A stretch of 58,200 bases of DNA from Octopus bimaculoides (taxonomy: Eukaryota): the NCBI RefSeq assembly GCF_001194135.2, contig NC_068984.1, positions 13,700,246-13,758,445 on the forward strand. Reading direction: 5' to 3'. The notes beneath the pieces were generated by a model. That model saw nothing but the letters and a program-made list of their open reading frames with translations, made no database searches and was not told the DNA's origin. This document shows, piece after piece, positions 1-12,640 of this stretch. A program made the translations under genes and the position numbers. The stretch's first letter is position 1, and each line of letters opens with the position of its first letter.

Positions 1-48
<48 letters not shown>

Positions 49-756
49 TTTGTGTGTGTATCCAAATATATGTATATTTATATGTGTTTGTATTGGAGCG
101 GCTCGTAGCAATGGGTAATTTTGCAAACTTTAAAATTTTGCTGCTCTACCCCCTAACCATATTCCAATCAACAAAACAACGGAGTCTACAAGACTCCTGC
201 TCAATCGGAGAACTGCTAGGCCTCAAAAGCCTTGAAACTGGAACGTAGTATGCGCAACGATTAATTCTGTTCAAAAGCGGTATATTGTTCCCTATCTCGA
301 CCATTTTCTTTTTTTCTTCTTAGAGCAAAGTATGTGGACACTTCCAGGGAACTCCAGCAAATGTTTAATATCGTTCTGAATCAAATTTACCAATAGTTAT
401 TTCCTGAAATAACATGAAAAACTTAAGAAATATTAGGTTTTGTAAATAAGCACACAACCTCTATAAGAAAAACGCATTTGAATTTCCAGCAATAATTTCT
501 ATAGACTCAAAAGCATAATGTGAACACTGAACACTGAATATTGAACTTTGTTTTCGTATAAGAGGGGGATTTAGTAACAGGTATGTTTTACGATTTTCAG
601 TATCGATTTGTAAAATATATTGTTTCTCAGTTTCATCTTTTGTGAGAATGTTATTGTAATTCTGAATGAGCTTGATACCTTATCCTGCAACATCATTCAC
701 AACAACTGTCTTTTCAAGTTTTTCAAGTCCACTTTTGTAACTAGGACCATCTTTCC

Positions 757-985
757 ATGTGTGTGTGTGTGTGTGTGTATGTGTGTGTGTGTTTGTCTGT
801 GTTTGTCTCCACCTCTTGACAAGCGGTGTCGATTTTCTTACGTCGCAGTAACCTAGCGGTTCGATAGAACAAGTACCAAATTTTAAAATTAAAATAAGTA
901 CTGACGTCTATTTGTCCGACTATACACTTTTAGACGGTGCTCCAGCATGGCGACGGTCCAGTGAGTGAAACAAAGAAAAGAAGTG
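757..985 (+). mobile_element. SINE family B, 3' half
   Basis: (tg)n-ttgacaagcggtgtc...gcggttcgatagaacaagtacc...gacggtgctccagcatggcgacggtc...gaaac. Confidence 0.75.
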
Positions 986-1582
986 GAAACATTACTGTGT
1001 ATACGGTTATTCATAATCGTATAGATAATGAGCTTGAGGGCATTAATACGACTAACTGATTGTTAAGAAAATTAGGACGTTAATGTTGTCTTGTGATTCG
1101 CCGACACAATTGGGAAATCGCTAAAGAGGAATTCACAATCCTTTGGTCGACAGAAAAATGTCACACGGTGTTACACAATGAGATCTGCCTTTCGGACAAT
1201 ATTATCTCATATCACTTAAAAAATGTCGCTGTCAGTCGATCGTTCTCACACGACGGTTTGTATAAAGGTCATAGTCATTACGGATGACAGCATGCTCGCT
1301 GTATCCTTACATTATATTAAGGTAGTATAGCTATATGAACAATATAACACAGAAGCCACAAGCACATGAATAATACTTACACACACAAACGCACACACTT
1401 GCACGCACACTTATGCATATTATAGACACATACACAAACAGACACACACATATGCATAATACGTGTGTGCGTACAAAATGTTTACTCAGAGGTGTGCGAA
1501 ATTTAACATTTATACTTATATTAATTGCAAATGCGTATTGTGTACTTATTAATATATATGCATACACTCACACACACACACG

Positions 1583-1621
<39 letters not shown>

Positions 1622-1655
1622 CTATATGCATATATGAATAAATGATGTATGTATA

Positions 1656-1694
<39 letters not shown>

Positions 1695-2620
1695 GTGTTG
1701 AAGAATATGTCCTTACGTATACATTTATGCAAACGTAAAAACAAACATTAAAACTCAAATATTTAAGTTAAAATCTATAATAATATCGTTACAATTCCCG
1801 CTTTCTACTTTGGCGTTTTTCTCTTCTTCATTTATATAATTTCCCTCTTCATTTTTCTTTCAAACTTTGTGCTTCCGACTCAGTACAATTTCGTATGATA
1901 TCGGGGCGACGTTGCCAATAGATGTAAAAGAAACGTATGCATTTGTACGTAGACACTGTTACAGAAGCCAACTGCATTATGTTTGGAGGCATATGTCGTT
2001 TTATACGAGTTGAGGGAATAAGCATTTGCCTCGTATATATTTATTAAGCCTGGAAGGATGTAAAGCAAATATTTATTTCAAAGACGCTTAAACGCAGAAG
2101 TGTAAAGAGACAAGGAAGGCATTGAAAAGTATCTCTCTTCCGAGGATATGTTGTACACTTTCTATCCTTCTGTATGACTGCATTCATTTCCATATATATA
2201 CATGGATATATATATGCAGCACACACGCACTTGTGCACGCACAAAAATATATATAGACTTATGTGAGTATGAATAAATAAATATATTATCTGTTATAGAC
2301 TGAAAATTCACTGAGCGTTACTGAGGGGCAAACAGTTTCGTGTTATGGTTTTTTATTAAGCATATGGTGAAAGGGTTGTTTAAACGGTATGTGTAGCAAT
2401 AATTAAAATGTTCTTGAAACTGACGTTAATGTCACGTGAAAACTATAGACATTTGAAAAGTCACGAATGTATAATGTGAAGTAGGAGTGAAATATATATA
2501 TATATACATATGTGTGTGTGCGTGTATGTGTGTGTGTATGTATATATATACACATATATATAGGCATGTATATATATATATGTATGTATATGCGTGTGTG
2601 TGGTTATCTATCTATCTATC

Positions 2621-2657
<37 letters not shown>

Positions 2658-3223
2658 NNNNNNNNNNNNNNNNNNNNNNNNNNNNNNNNNNNNNNNNNNN
2701 NNNNNNNNNNNNNNNNNNNNNNNNNNNNNNNNNNNNNNNNNNNNNNNNNNNNNNNNNNNNNNNNNNNNNNNNNNNNNNNNNNNNNNNNNNNNNNNNNNNN
2801 NNNNNNNNNNNNNNNNNNNNNNNNNNNNNNNNNNNNNNNNNNNNNNNNNNNNNNNNNNNNNNNNNNNNNNNNNNNNNNNNNNNNNNNNNNNNNNNNNNNN
2901 NNNNNNNNNGTAAACTTATATATGTGCGTATATATATATATATATATGTACATACAAATACTCATATTTCCATGTAATTGAGCAGACAAATTCATGCCTG
3001 CGTACGTGCTCCTAGTAACGTAAGTACATAGACATGCGCATATATGCACGAACACACAGAGAAGCATATAAGAAAATAGATGCACATGTTATTATGTACA
3101 TATGATGGAATCAGCAGATACCTAGAGGACAACCTCACTCTTTTCCTTGTGCCACTCTCAGTCATTCACTCACTCATTCATTCAATCACTCACTCACTCA
3201 CTCATTCACTCACTCACTCATTT

Positions 3224-3457
3224 AAGGCAGCGAGCTGGCAGAAACGTTAGCACGCCGGGCGAAATGCTTAGCGATATTTCGTCTGCCGCTACGTTCTGAG
3301 TTCAAATTCCGCCGAGGTCGACTTTGCCTTTCATCCTTTCGGGGTCGATTAAATAAGTACCAGTCACGCACTGGGGTCGATGTAATCGACTTAATCCCTT
3401 TGTCTGTCCTTGTTTGTCCCCTCTGTGTGTAGCCCCTTGTGGGTAGTAAAGAAATAA
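3224..3457 (+). mobile_element. tRNA-derived SINE, family A, full length
   Basis: Head aggcagcgagctggcagaaacgttagc...; B-box-like gagttcaaattcc; body ggtcgactttgcctttcatcctttcggggtcgat; repeated at least 5 times in the window. Confidence 0.9.
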
Positions 3458-3566
3458 CTCACTCACTCATTCTCTCTTTCTTTCTCTCTCTCTCTCTATC
3501 TCTCTCATTCACTCTGTCTCCTCTAAATCAATGACTTTTCTTTGTTTCTTCTTTTATTCTATTACT

Positions 3567-3890
3567 TTTTTCAGTCATTTGACTGCGGCGACGCTGGAGC
3601 ACCGCCTTTAGTGGAGTAAAATGGACCCCTGTACGTATTATTTGTAAGCCTACTACTTATTCTATAGGTCACTTTGCCGAACCGTATGTATACACACACA
3701 CGCACACACACACACACNNNNNNNNNNTATACGATGGGCTTCCTTCAGTTTTCGTCTACGAAGTTCATTCACAAGCCTTAGGTCGGCCCGTGGCTATAGT
3801 AGGAGACCCACTTGCCCGAGGTGCTACGCACTGGGACTGAACGCGGAACGAATGTGATTCGTAAGCAAGCTACTTACCACACAGTCACTC
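3567..3890 (-). mobile_element. SINE family B
   Basis: Reverse complement of the family B head (...ccactgcgtagcacctcgggcaagtg) and tail. Confidence 0.85.
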
Positions 3891-4707
3891 ATCTGTTTGT
3901 TTATACCTTTTCTTTGATCTACCAAATTCCAACGTGATTATCTCATTTTCGTTGCTTTTTCGCTGTCGACGGGCATCTCATCGACAGCTCATAAATCGCT
4001 GTCTGTTCATAACACGTGATTCACCGGTGTAAGAGATTTCAGTATACGAGTTGTTTCACCCACACTGCGTTTTTCGTCAGTCGAAGGTACATTGGAACAC
4101 GAGCTACTGTCGTAAGGTACTGCAAAGTATATATTTGCTGATGTGTGCATAGTCTTTTGATGCCAAATACTAAGAACCAAAATGATAACATATCAAAACA
4201 TTCTTAATAGGTACTCGGATATTCGAACATGAATATCTAATCATTTTTTTCTTATACACATATGCATACGAGGAAAACGTCGAGTCTTCTCAAGCACCCG
4301 CTCACTAACCGTCGACAGACTGAGACTCATTTTGCTAACCTTAAGCTTATATTTTGTTTCTAAGGCATTGGTAGGAGACGCGATGTATATGAAGACAAGA
4401 ACATAAATGCGTAAGAAGAGGAGAAAAAGAAATTATACATTAATTGGTTTAGATGCTGGTCTACAAAAGTTCGTATTCTTTGCGAGTTTTCTACTGTGAA
4501 GGAATGTCATATTTTTATGCGTTATTGCTTCGTTTCAGTCAAACGTATAAGTCGAGTTGGGTGTTAGAAGTTAGCTTTGTATCGCTCGTTTAGGAGATAC
4601 GTCTCATTCGGGTCAAAGTCATATAAACATACATACGAAACGCAAATCACTACATATTTTTCTCTCGCCGTTTTTTTCCCCTTCTCTCTTCATTCCCCCC
4701 CCCCCAG

Positions 4708-4845
4708 TCCTGTCTGTCGAAGAGCGTAGGCTTGAAACAAACGTCAAAGACTTTTCCAGTCTTCCCGAATTTGTATTTTTAATAAACCTGCTTGTTGTTC
4801 TTTCACCTATCTTCGTCTTTTGTTTTCTATAAATTTGAACTACAC
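4708..4845 (+). mobile_element. Short HHR-bearing repeat, 'CTGTTGA' family, decayed copy
   Basis: ctgtcga-a-gagc-gtag-gctt-gaaa-caaacgtc-aaaga; downstream (...ctgcttgttgttc...tcgtcttttgttttctataaatttgaactac) is homologous to the 27744 copy. Confidence 0.65.
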
Positions 4846-5081
4846 ATACACACGCACATACACACACACACANNNNNNNNNNNNNNNNNNNNNNNNNNNN
4901 NNNNNNNNNNNNNNNNNNNNNNNNNNNNNNNNNNNNNNNNNNNNNNNNNNNNNNNNNNNNNNNNNNNNNNNNNNNNNNNNNNNNNNNNNNNNNNNNNNNN
5001 NNNNNNNNNNNNNNNNNNNNNNNNNNNNNNNNNNNNNNNNNNNNNNNNNNNNNNNNNNNNNNNNNNNNNNNNNNNNNNNNN

Positions 5082-5165
<84 letters not shown>

Positions 5166-5961
5166 CATATACATATACATATATATACATGTATACATAT
5201 ATACATGCCTACATGCATACCTACATATACACATCTATATATATATGTATATATATACACATACACATATAGATACGTGCATACGTACATGCATACAAAC
5301 ATATATCCATATATGTTTGTGTATATGTGTATGTGTTATACATGAATACTTAATTCCGTTTTATAGATGAAATCATAAAGCTAGACGAAATAAAGGCAAA
5401 CGGGAGAGGGAGAAAGGAAAAGATAATCAATTAGAGACGGATTGAGCGTGATAAAAATTTAGATATTTCATTTCATATACGTATTTTAATGTCTACTTCG
5501 CATTAAGAATGTATAAATTCAAGCATTCTTACACACGCAGAAGGGCGTAAATTTTCATACACATATATACATAAATACATAAATACATACATACATACAT
5601 ACATACATACATACATCCATTGGTATAGTCAGCCTAAAGCATACATGCATACACACGCATGCACAAATTTTATGTCTGCAGCCGCACATGCGCACAGACA
5701 TATGTATATTTCTTTCTTTGAACGTTAGTGTGCGTGTGTATGTGAGTATGCGCGTGTGTGTGTATGTAAGTATGTGCGCGTGTGTGTGTGTGTGTATGTG
5801 TGTGTTGTAATTTTTATATCCTTAACGTAATAAATAATATTTTGCTTTTACACTTATCAGTTTTAGGTAATCCTACATAGTTATTGATGTGGAGAACAAC
5901 GGCAGTACAGTCTCGATATATATATATATATATATATGTACACACACATATATATGCGCAT

Positions 5962-6011
<50 letters not shown>

Positions 6012-6494
6012 ATATATTGCTCTGAACTTTCAGTTGAACAGATACTATGAGAGTGAGAGGAATTATTAGAAAGTATTATTATTTCTTTTTTTTTTTTTTT
6101 TGTCAATACTACCAGAAGCGGAGTGAAATTTCAAGTGTGCTTACCATACATCTTCAGCAGTTGAAAAATAAAATCATGATAAAATTTGCAACTAAAAAAG
6201 TGCTACGACGTTTAGAGTGTCATTGTACTGTGTCCTATATATATATAGGGGGTAGCAAAAAATGTATAGACACATTGAAATTCTAGTATAAATTCAGCAC
6301 TTGTTAAAATAAACTTCAGTTTCAAAATTTCATAGAATCTATAGAATATGTAGACAAAGTTTAAAATTCTTATGAACGCTTGTTTTTGCAGTAGTGAGGG
6401 TTCCCGTCCAAGGAATTGCACGGTGTGTTAAGAAGTTTGTTTCTGAATGAAATGATTCCGGGTTCGGTTCGGAACCGTTGGTTTGGGAATCCCA

Positions 6495-6870
6495 GGCGCA
6501 GGAATGGCTGTGTGGTTAGAAGCTTGCTTCTCAACCTCATGGGTCCGGGGTCAGTCCGACTGCATTGCACCTCGGGCAAGTTTCTTCCGCTATAGCCGCA
6601 AGCCGACCAAAGCCTTATCAGTGGATTTGGTATACGGAAATTGAAAGAAGCTCGTCGTATGTGTGTGTGTATTTGTATGTCTGTGTTTCACCAGCCGCCA
6701 TCGCTTGATGTTGGTGTGTTTACGTTTCCATAAATTAGCGGTTCGGCAAAAGAAACCGATCGAATAAGTACTAAGATTACGAAGAATAAGTCCTTGGGGC
6801 AATTTGTTCGACTAAAGGCGGTGCTCCGGCATGGCCGCAGGCAAATGACTGAAACAAATAGAAGAGTAGA
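6495..6870 (+). mobile_element. SINE family B, full length
   Basis: gcgcaggaatggctgtgtggtt (A-box-like)...ggggtcagtcc (B-box-like)...internal (tg)n...ggcggtgctccggcatggccgcaggcaaatgactgaaac. Confidence 0.9.
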
Positions 6871-7089
6871 AGAATAGAAAGTTAGTAATGAGGAATGAGT
6901 TTTGTTGGTCTCTCATTCAACTGCGTCCCACATATAACGATGAAAGTGTTCTGCAGTCTAGGGAGTTAGGTGGCCAGATGTTAGGGGTGGTGTGGTCGCA
7001 GAAATTCTATGTCTGGGGTTAGTAGCCCGCGCTCTTAACCACTACGCCATATGCACGTAGGCAATTATGGAGTCAATTTTAGGGCTTAT

Positions 7090-7765
7090 AAATCTAATAT
7101 TTTCCTATCCTTCCTTAATACCATTTCCCATATTCTGTTCATATCTGCACTCGGTCTGCTTAGGAGGTTGTTGTGTCCTAGCATATGTGCTGCCTCATTT
7201 AGTTTTCGTATTTCCAGTGGTGTTCCCTGTCTATTATTTTAACTTCATCCCACAGGGGGGGGGGGTGATCTCCATTTTTCCATACATGATCAGCTATACC
7301 ATATTTATCAATAGCTCCACGTGTCAGAGCTTCGCTATGTTCCTGTACCTTTATTTTGAGGGGGCGACGTGTTTCGCGTTTATATAACCTAGCACGGCTG
7401 CATGGGATGGAGTACACGCAGTTTTTGATCATATTCTCTTCTATTGGTGGTTTTACGCGAAGGAGATATTTGCGAAGTGTTGTATTACTCTTGAATACTG
7501 TGCTGATGTTATAAGCGTCGCATATCTTTTGTATCTTTTCTGAGAGGCCTTTCACATAGGGTAGACAAAATGTGGAGAGCTTATTGGTTTCATCCTCTCT
7601 CTTCATAACTGGAGTGGTTAGTATATTTTTGGGGTAGTTGTTGCTTAATAGATTGTTACTGAGCTTGATCATTTCTTCGTAGTGGATATCACTATCGCTA
7701 CTTATATTCTTTGCCCGATGTTTTAGGCACTGAGCAATCCCTCTCTTTACACTTTATGGATGGTG
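7090..7765 (-). pseudogene. Penelope-like element remnant: RT thumb/linker plus GIY-YIG endonuclease
   Basis: Minus-strand translation reads HHP*SVKRGIAQCLKHRAK...LPYVKGLSEKIQKIC...VFKSNTTLRKYL...NCVYSIPCS...LYKRETRRPLKIKVQEH...IADHVWKNG...DEVKIIDREHHWK, then after a frameshift LNEAAHML...SADMNRIWEMVL. This matches the C-terminal architecture of Penelope ORFs (CVYxIPC / YxGETxR..HxxxH GIY-YIG motifs), with a stop and a frameshift. Confidence 0.9.
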
Positions 7766-8060
7766 GGAACTGAAGTTGAGGTATCGTCCAGTGAAGGTCG
7801 GCTTGCGGTATACGGATGTCCTGAATCCATACTAACATCGAAAAATACCTTTGGAATGAAAACCCAGGTTCGANNNNNNNNNNCGGCTTGCGGTATACGG
7901 ATGTCCTGAATCCATACTAACATCGAAAAATACCTTAGGAATGAAAACCCAGGTTCGAAATTTCCCCAAGACACCTGATGAAGGCTGGAGGATGTATCAG
8001 CCGAAACGTTGTGTTAACAACAAACAAGATGAGAACAAATATCCGTCAAACGTAAATAAT
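7766..8060 (+). mobile_element. Inverted Penelope-type terminal repeat (pLTR) carrying a hammerhead
   Basis: Abuts the 5'-truncated ORF in the opposite orientation and contains an HHR at 7971-8014. Inverted pLTRs at the 5' end of truncated copies are an established Penelope feature. Confidence 0.7.
7971..8014 (+). ncRNA. Minimal type-I hammerhead ribozyme
   Basis: acac|CTGATGA|a|ggctg-gaggatgtat-cagcc|GAAA|cg|TT|gtgt: stem I acac/gtgt, 5-bp stem II, intact core, palindromic AACGTT in place of stem III, GUU cleavage triplet. Confidence 0.85.
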
Positions 8061-8590
8061 GTACATAATATATCATCTCTGAAATATAGAACTGTACTCA
8101 CAGATCTGATTGTGTAATAGAATGCTTCAATTAATCCTTTCGATGATAAACTGCACCATACTGTAACGATTGGTGAATTAACATGATTCTCCTCCGTTAC
8201 GTACAAAAACAAATGTCCTACGTAGATGCGGCTCAGACGGTTAATTGATCTTTTAAATCTAAATCTATTCGCATCATTCCCAGAAATACCCCTTCATATT
8301 TCTCACTAGTATATCTTTATGTAGTGGTTAGGGGAACAAAATAGGGAGTAAGAGAGAAGTTTACAACTCAAGCTCGGATCTCTTTGTTGTTCGCTCAAGC
8401 TATTTCTCTCTCCGGTCATGACGTTCTTGACCATCCACGTAGACGTTGACTACACACGTATGAAACTTCTATCAAGAAAACTTTGTCCGTGACCACTAAG
8501 CGTCATCTTGCTCGCCTTTCTGAGATTGCCGAACACGAGTATGCCAAAACTCCAAAGCCACTCTGTAGCTTTGACTAGTAAAATAATAAT

Positions 8591-8681
8591 ACATCTATCT
8601 ATCTATCTCTCTATCTATCTATCTCTCTATCTCTCTATCTCTCTCTCTCTCTATCTATCTCTCTATCTCTCTCTCTATATA

Positions 8682-8717
<36 letters not shown>

Positions 8718-9061
8718 CATCCATACATACATACATGCATATACACACGCATACACATACATACAGACACACATAGATACACAAACATACATACACACAC
8801 ATACACACACACACTCATACATACACACAAATACACACATACACACACATACATGCACACATATACACACCACACACTCATACATACACACACATACACA
8901 CATGCATACACACATACATGCACACACATACATACACACACATACATATACATATACAAACGTACTTATATACATTCATATATACAAACATATATATATA
9001 TATACATATATATATAGAGAAATATATGCGTATACACACACACAAACAAGCACACACACAA

Positions 9062-9097
<36 letters not shown>

Positions 9098-9098
9098 G

Positions 9099-9135
<37 letters not shown>

Positions 9136-9170
9136 GCATACTCGTGCACACACCCACATACGTATACATC
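8591..9170 (+). repeat. Compound microsatellite field (ATCT)n/(CA)n/(TA)n
   Basis: Direct reading; one of many such fields (e.g. 1-58, 2490-2657, 5082-5340, 33100-33600, 35970-36075, 50570-50665). Confidence 0.95.
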
Positions 9171-9915
9171 CATTTTGCTCGTGCTTATAGGTAGACAGTT
9201 TTTCTATTGATTTGTTCTGATAAAAACTACATATTAACATACATGTTTATGCAGCCTTAGTTTTGTATAAAACAGCTTCCTATTCTTAAGCGTCAGTATG
9301 TAAAGTGGAATTATATTGCATCTGACTGTTTTCCCTGGCTACTATTGCTAATCAAGAAAATAACATGTTGTCTTTCGTTGACAAAAGAAACCTCTCATAG
9401 TTAGATATTCAGCGGTGAGAAAGAAAATGAGTTTGATGTACATCCCAATAATTAATTTTGTTGTGCTGACAGCAACAGGTGCATCCATTTCAACATTATT
9501 ATTTTGTAAACTGGATGTTGAAATCCCAACTGTGAAATCATACGAGTCAACATGGTAAGCATTTGTTAATGTACACAATAAACACAATCACACAGAGACA
9601 GTTATACACTTTTATACACACATATTTGTATACCAACACATGCAGCACGTATTCACGTACAAGATATGCATGCTTATGCATACACAGTGGCTGATATATA
9701 TATATACATATTTTCAAAATACTTCTCATTCGCACAATGGGCTCTTTGCCCACTCAGTATTTTCCTCACACACACTCACACATGCACACGCTCACACTCA
9801 CACACACACGCACACACACACGCGCGCGCGCACACACACACAAGTGTAACTACACGTGAACTCTTGGCGATTTTTTTTCTTTCTAAGTTGTTTTGGGAAC
9901 TTTCCTATGTTTTCT

Positions 9916-10040
9916 GTTTCTGAAGAAGAGCTTTGCTCGAAACGAAAAGCAACCACTAATTTTTCCTTTTCTGAGCGTCTTATTTAATACTTTGCATGTA
10001 CCACGTCCTCGAGTTGTTTTCTCTTGTCTTTTTTTTCCGT
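9916..10040 (+). mobile_element. Short HHR-bearing repeat (CTGAAGA core; cleavage-site U mutated)
   Basis: gttt|CTGAAGA|a|gagc-ttt-gctc|GAAA|cg|aa|aagc. The downstream ttttctgagcgtc is shared with the CTGTTGA family. GAA replaces GUH, so this copy is probably inactive. Confidence 0.65.
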
Positions 10041-10442
10041 TTATTTGATTAATTCTCCCTCNNNNNNNNNNNNNNNNNNNNNNNNNNNNNNNNNNNNNNN
10101 NNNNNNNNNNNNNNNNNNNNNNNNNNNNNNNNNNNNNNNNNNNNNNNNNNNNNNNNNNNNNNNNNNNNNNNNNNNNNNNNNNNNNNNNNNNNNNNNNNNN
10201 NNNNNNNNNNNNNNNNNNNNNNNNNNNNNNNNNNNNNNNNNNNNNNNNNNNNNNNNNNNNNNNNNNNNNNNNNNNNNNNNNNNNNNNNNNNNNNNNNNNN
10301 NNNNNNNNNNNNNNNNNNNNNNNNNNNNNNNNNNNNNNNNNNNNNNNNNNNNNNNNNNNNNNNNNNNNNNNNNNNNNNTATATATATATATATGTATATA
10401 AAATTAAAATATATATACATATATATATATATAAAATTAAAA

Positions 10443-10648
10443 TATAGGGTATCTAAGAGATACCGCCACGCTGAAAAATAGCAGTCAGATCCTGACTCTA
10501 AAGTCACAATAAATGTTCATATTGCACATATGCTAGTTTATTTTGTCTTCGTCTTCGGTCTTTGTGCTATATGATCATTTATTGTGGTTTTAGAGTCGGG
10601 ATTTGACTGCTATTTTTCAGTGTGGCAGTATCTCTTAGATACCCTATA
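10443..10648. mobile_element. Fold-back MITE with about 73-bp inverted arms, TA-flanked
   Basis: tatagggtatctaagagataccgccacgctgaaaaatagcagtc... (10443-10515) is the near-perfect reverse complement of 10576-10648. Confidence 0.85.
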
Positions 10649-11917
10649 TTATAATTTTAATTGTAACCTTTGATGGTTTTTATTCCCATGCTGGCCACTT
10701 GATGAGATCGATATTTTATATATCGATTTTAACCTTACTTATACATATATATATATACATACATACATATATATATGAATGATAGGAAAACAGAAAGTGA
10801 GTGAAAGAGGGAGAGAGGTTTGGTAGATATAGATGTTGCTGTAGATATATGTATATAATTAGCTATAGATATATGCGCACATATATTTAAGTTAGATTTA
10901 AATAATTTCTAAAGCAACATTTAAGTGAAAGTTTAGCTAGAGAGGGCTTTTCAGACAATGGAGAATATTTCAAAGGATCAGTAGATTTTAAAGACTTCTG
11001 GTCTTCTCTCGCACTAGTGTGGATTGGTAAATAAATTATAGTCACCATTGTCTTCTCGAGCAGCTAATAACTAGCCGAGCCCTCGCTTGCAACTTTTATT
11101 AATCTTCCGTAATATTAGTTGAATTCTTCTTCTTGATATCTCATTCATTATCAACTTGTGAAAATAATCTATGTTTCCTATGATCTTATTTTCAGTATAT
11201 TGCATTCCTCAAACTCCCTAACAAAATTTCTCCATCATATAATTAATCAAACGCAACAGATATAGCACTGAGAGTTACATTCACCTTGATCTTCACCTTT
11301 CATTCCTTCGGAGTCAATAAAATAATTGCCAGTTGAATTCTGGGGTCAGAGTAATCGACATGCACGCCCCCATATACTTTTCTGAAATTGCTAGCCTTGT
11401 ACCATAGTTTGAAACTAATATAAAACTGGTTCTGGAATTTGGAATTAATCGAGTTTAATAGCATGCTGATTACCACGTTTGTTGTACATAGCTTATTGAT
11501 ATTCATTTTCTCTCCCACTTTCGAAATCCGTTTGCCCTTCCCACAAAATCTTGTCAACACCGGATTCAAAATAGGGTTTGAAATATCATTGCAGTATATT
11601 TTCCTGACCACAAGAGTTTAAGTTTCTTCCTATGATAATACAACTTTAATACAAATTTTTGAAGTGAAGCTCTACAGATCTTTTACTGAATTTAGAGCCA
11701 CCACTGAAAGTTACGAATGTGTTTATGTAATCAAAGCGAGCAAAGAGAGATAAATAGGTAATGGGTGTATATGCTTATTTCGGGTGTTATTGCTCCCTCA
11801 TCAGTACCACATTCAAAACATATTGACGAGTACATCGCCTAGATTACCATTAGGCTTAACTGTGCAACACAAACCGATAAGCCACTTTACATAGAAATAC
11901 AGAGTGGCTATGTGGTA

Positions 11918-12078
11918 GGCGCAGGATCGGCTGTGTGGTATCTTGCTTGCCAACCACATTGTTCTGGGGTCAATCCCACTGGGTGGCACCTTGGACTAGT
12001 GTGTACTGCTATATACTCGGGTGGACCAAAGCTTTGTGAGTGGATTTGGTAGACGAAAACTGCAAAGTAGCCCGTCGT
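11918..12078 (+). mobile_element. SINE family B, 5' half ending in (TA)n
   Basis: ggcgcaggatcggctgtgtggta...gtgagtggatttggtagacgaaaactgcaaagtagcccgtcg(ta)n. Confidence 0.85.
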
Positions 12079-12106
12079 ATATATATATATATATATATAT
12101 AATGAT

Positions 12107-12370
12107 ATTTTTATATAAGCTTAAAGCTTATGGTGATCACCGTAAGATGACGAAGGAAGATTGTCTAATAACTGGGCATATAAGCCCGCGACAGAAAAAG
12201 GCTTTCTCATCCGCGTCGGACTCGACCCACATCACTTTGTTAACGCGACTAAATGTGTTACCTTTAGGAAAGCCTTCTTTTTATTGTCGAGGTCTTGTAT
12301 GCCCCGTTATTAGACAATTTTGCTCAGTCATTGCACGATGATCGCCATAGCTTTGAGCTTATATAAAAAT
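12107..12370. mobile_element. Degenerate fold-back element/MITE with about 100-bp inverted arms
   Basis: atttttatataagct..atggtgatcaccgt..attgtctaataactgggcatataag..aaggctttc pairs with gaaagcctt..cttgtatgccccgttattagacaat..acgatgatcgccat..agcttatataaaaat. Confidence 0.75.
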
Positions 12371-12449
12371 ACCATTATTATTATTGACAGGATTGTAAAA
12401 TACGGTGCCGTATAACAAAACCATTTGCACCGAAAGCATATATATATAG

Positions 12450-12640
12450 CAAGGTGAGACACACATAAGAAGGAAGGAAACAAAGGACCACTGATGAGGT
12501 CACAGAAGTGTGACGAAAGAACTCTGGCCGAAATAAGATTAAGATTAATGTAATATAAAGCTGAAGCAAATTAACACCAAATATACAGTGCGTGTGTTTT
12601 TATTGGCTAAACTGGCAATATGACCATCCCCAAGTACAAC
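12450..12640 (+). mobile_element. About 200-bp HHR-bearing dispersed repeat
   Basis: Homologous over its length to the reverse complement of 45805-45990 (aaaggaccactgatgag...tggccgaaata...aaagctgaagcaa...caccaaatat...gctaaactggcaa..tgaccatccc). Confidence 0.8.
12486..12529 (+). ncRNA. Minimal type-I hammerhead ribozyme
   Basis: gacca|CTGATGA|g|gtcaca-gaag-tgtgac|GAAA|gaac|TC|tggcc: perfect 6-bp stem II, intact core, CUC triplet, imperfect stem I. Confidence 0.8.

Noticed and set aside
7800-7958. Apparent 75-bp tandem duplication in the pLTR
   Set aside because: The copies flank a 10-N gap and differ by one base, typical of unmerged overlapping contigs or alleles.
11300-11611. 103-aa minus-strand ORF
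   Set aside because: Its 3' part aligns to a degenerate SINE family A body, and it has no recognisable domain.
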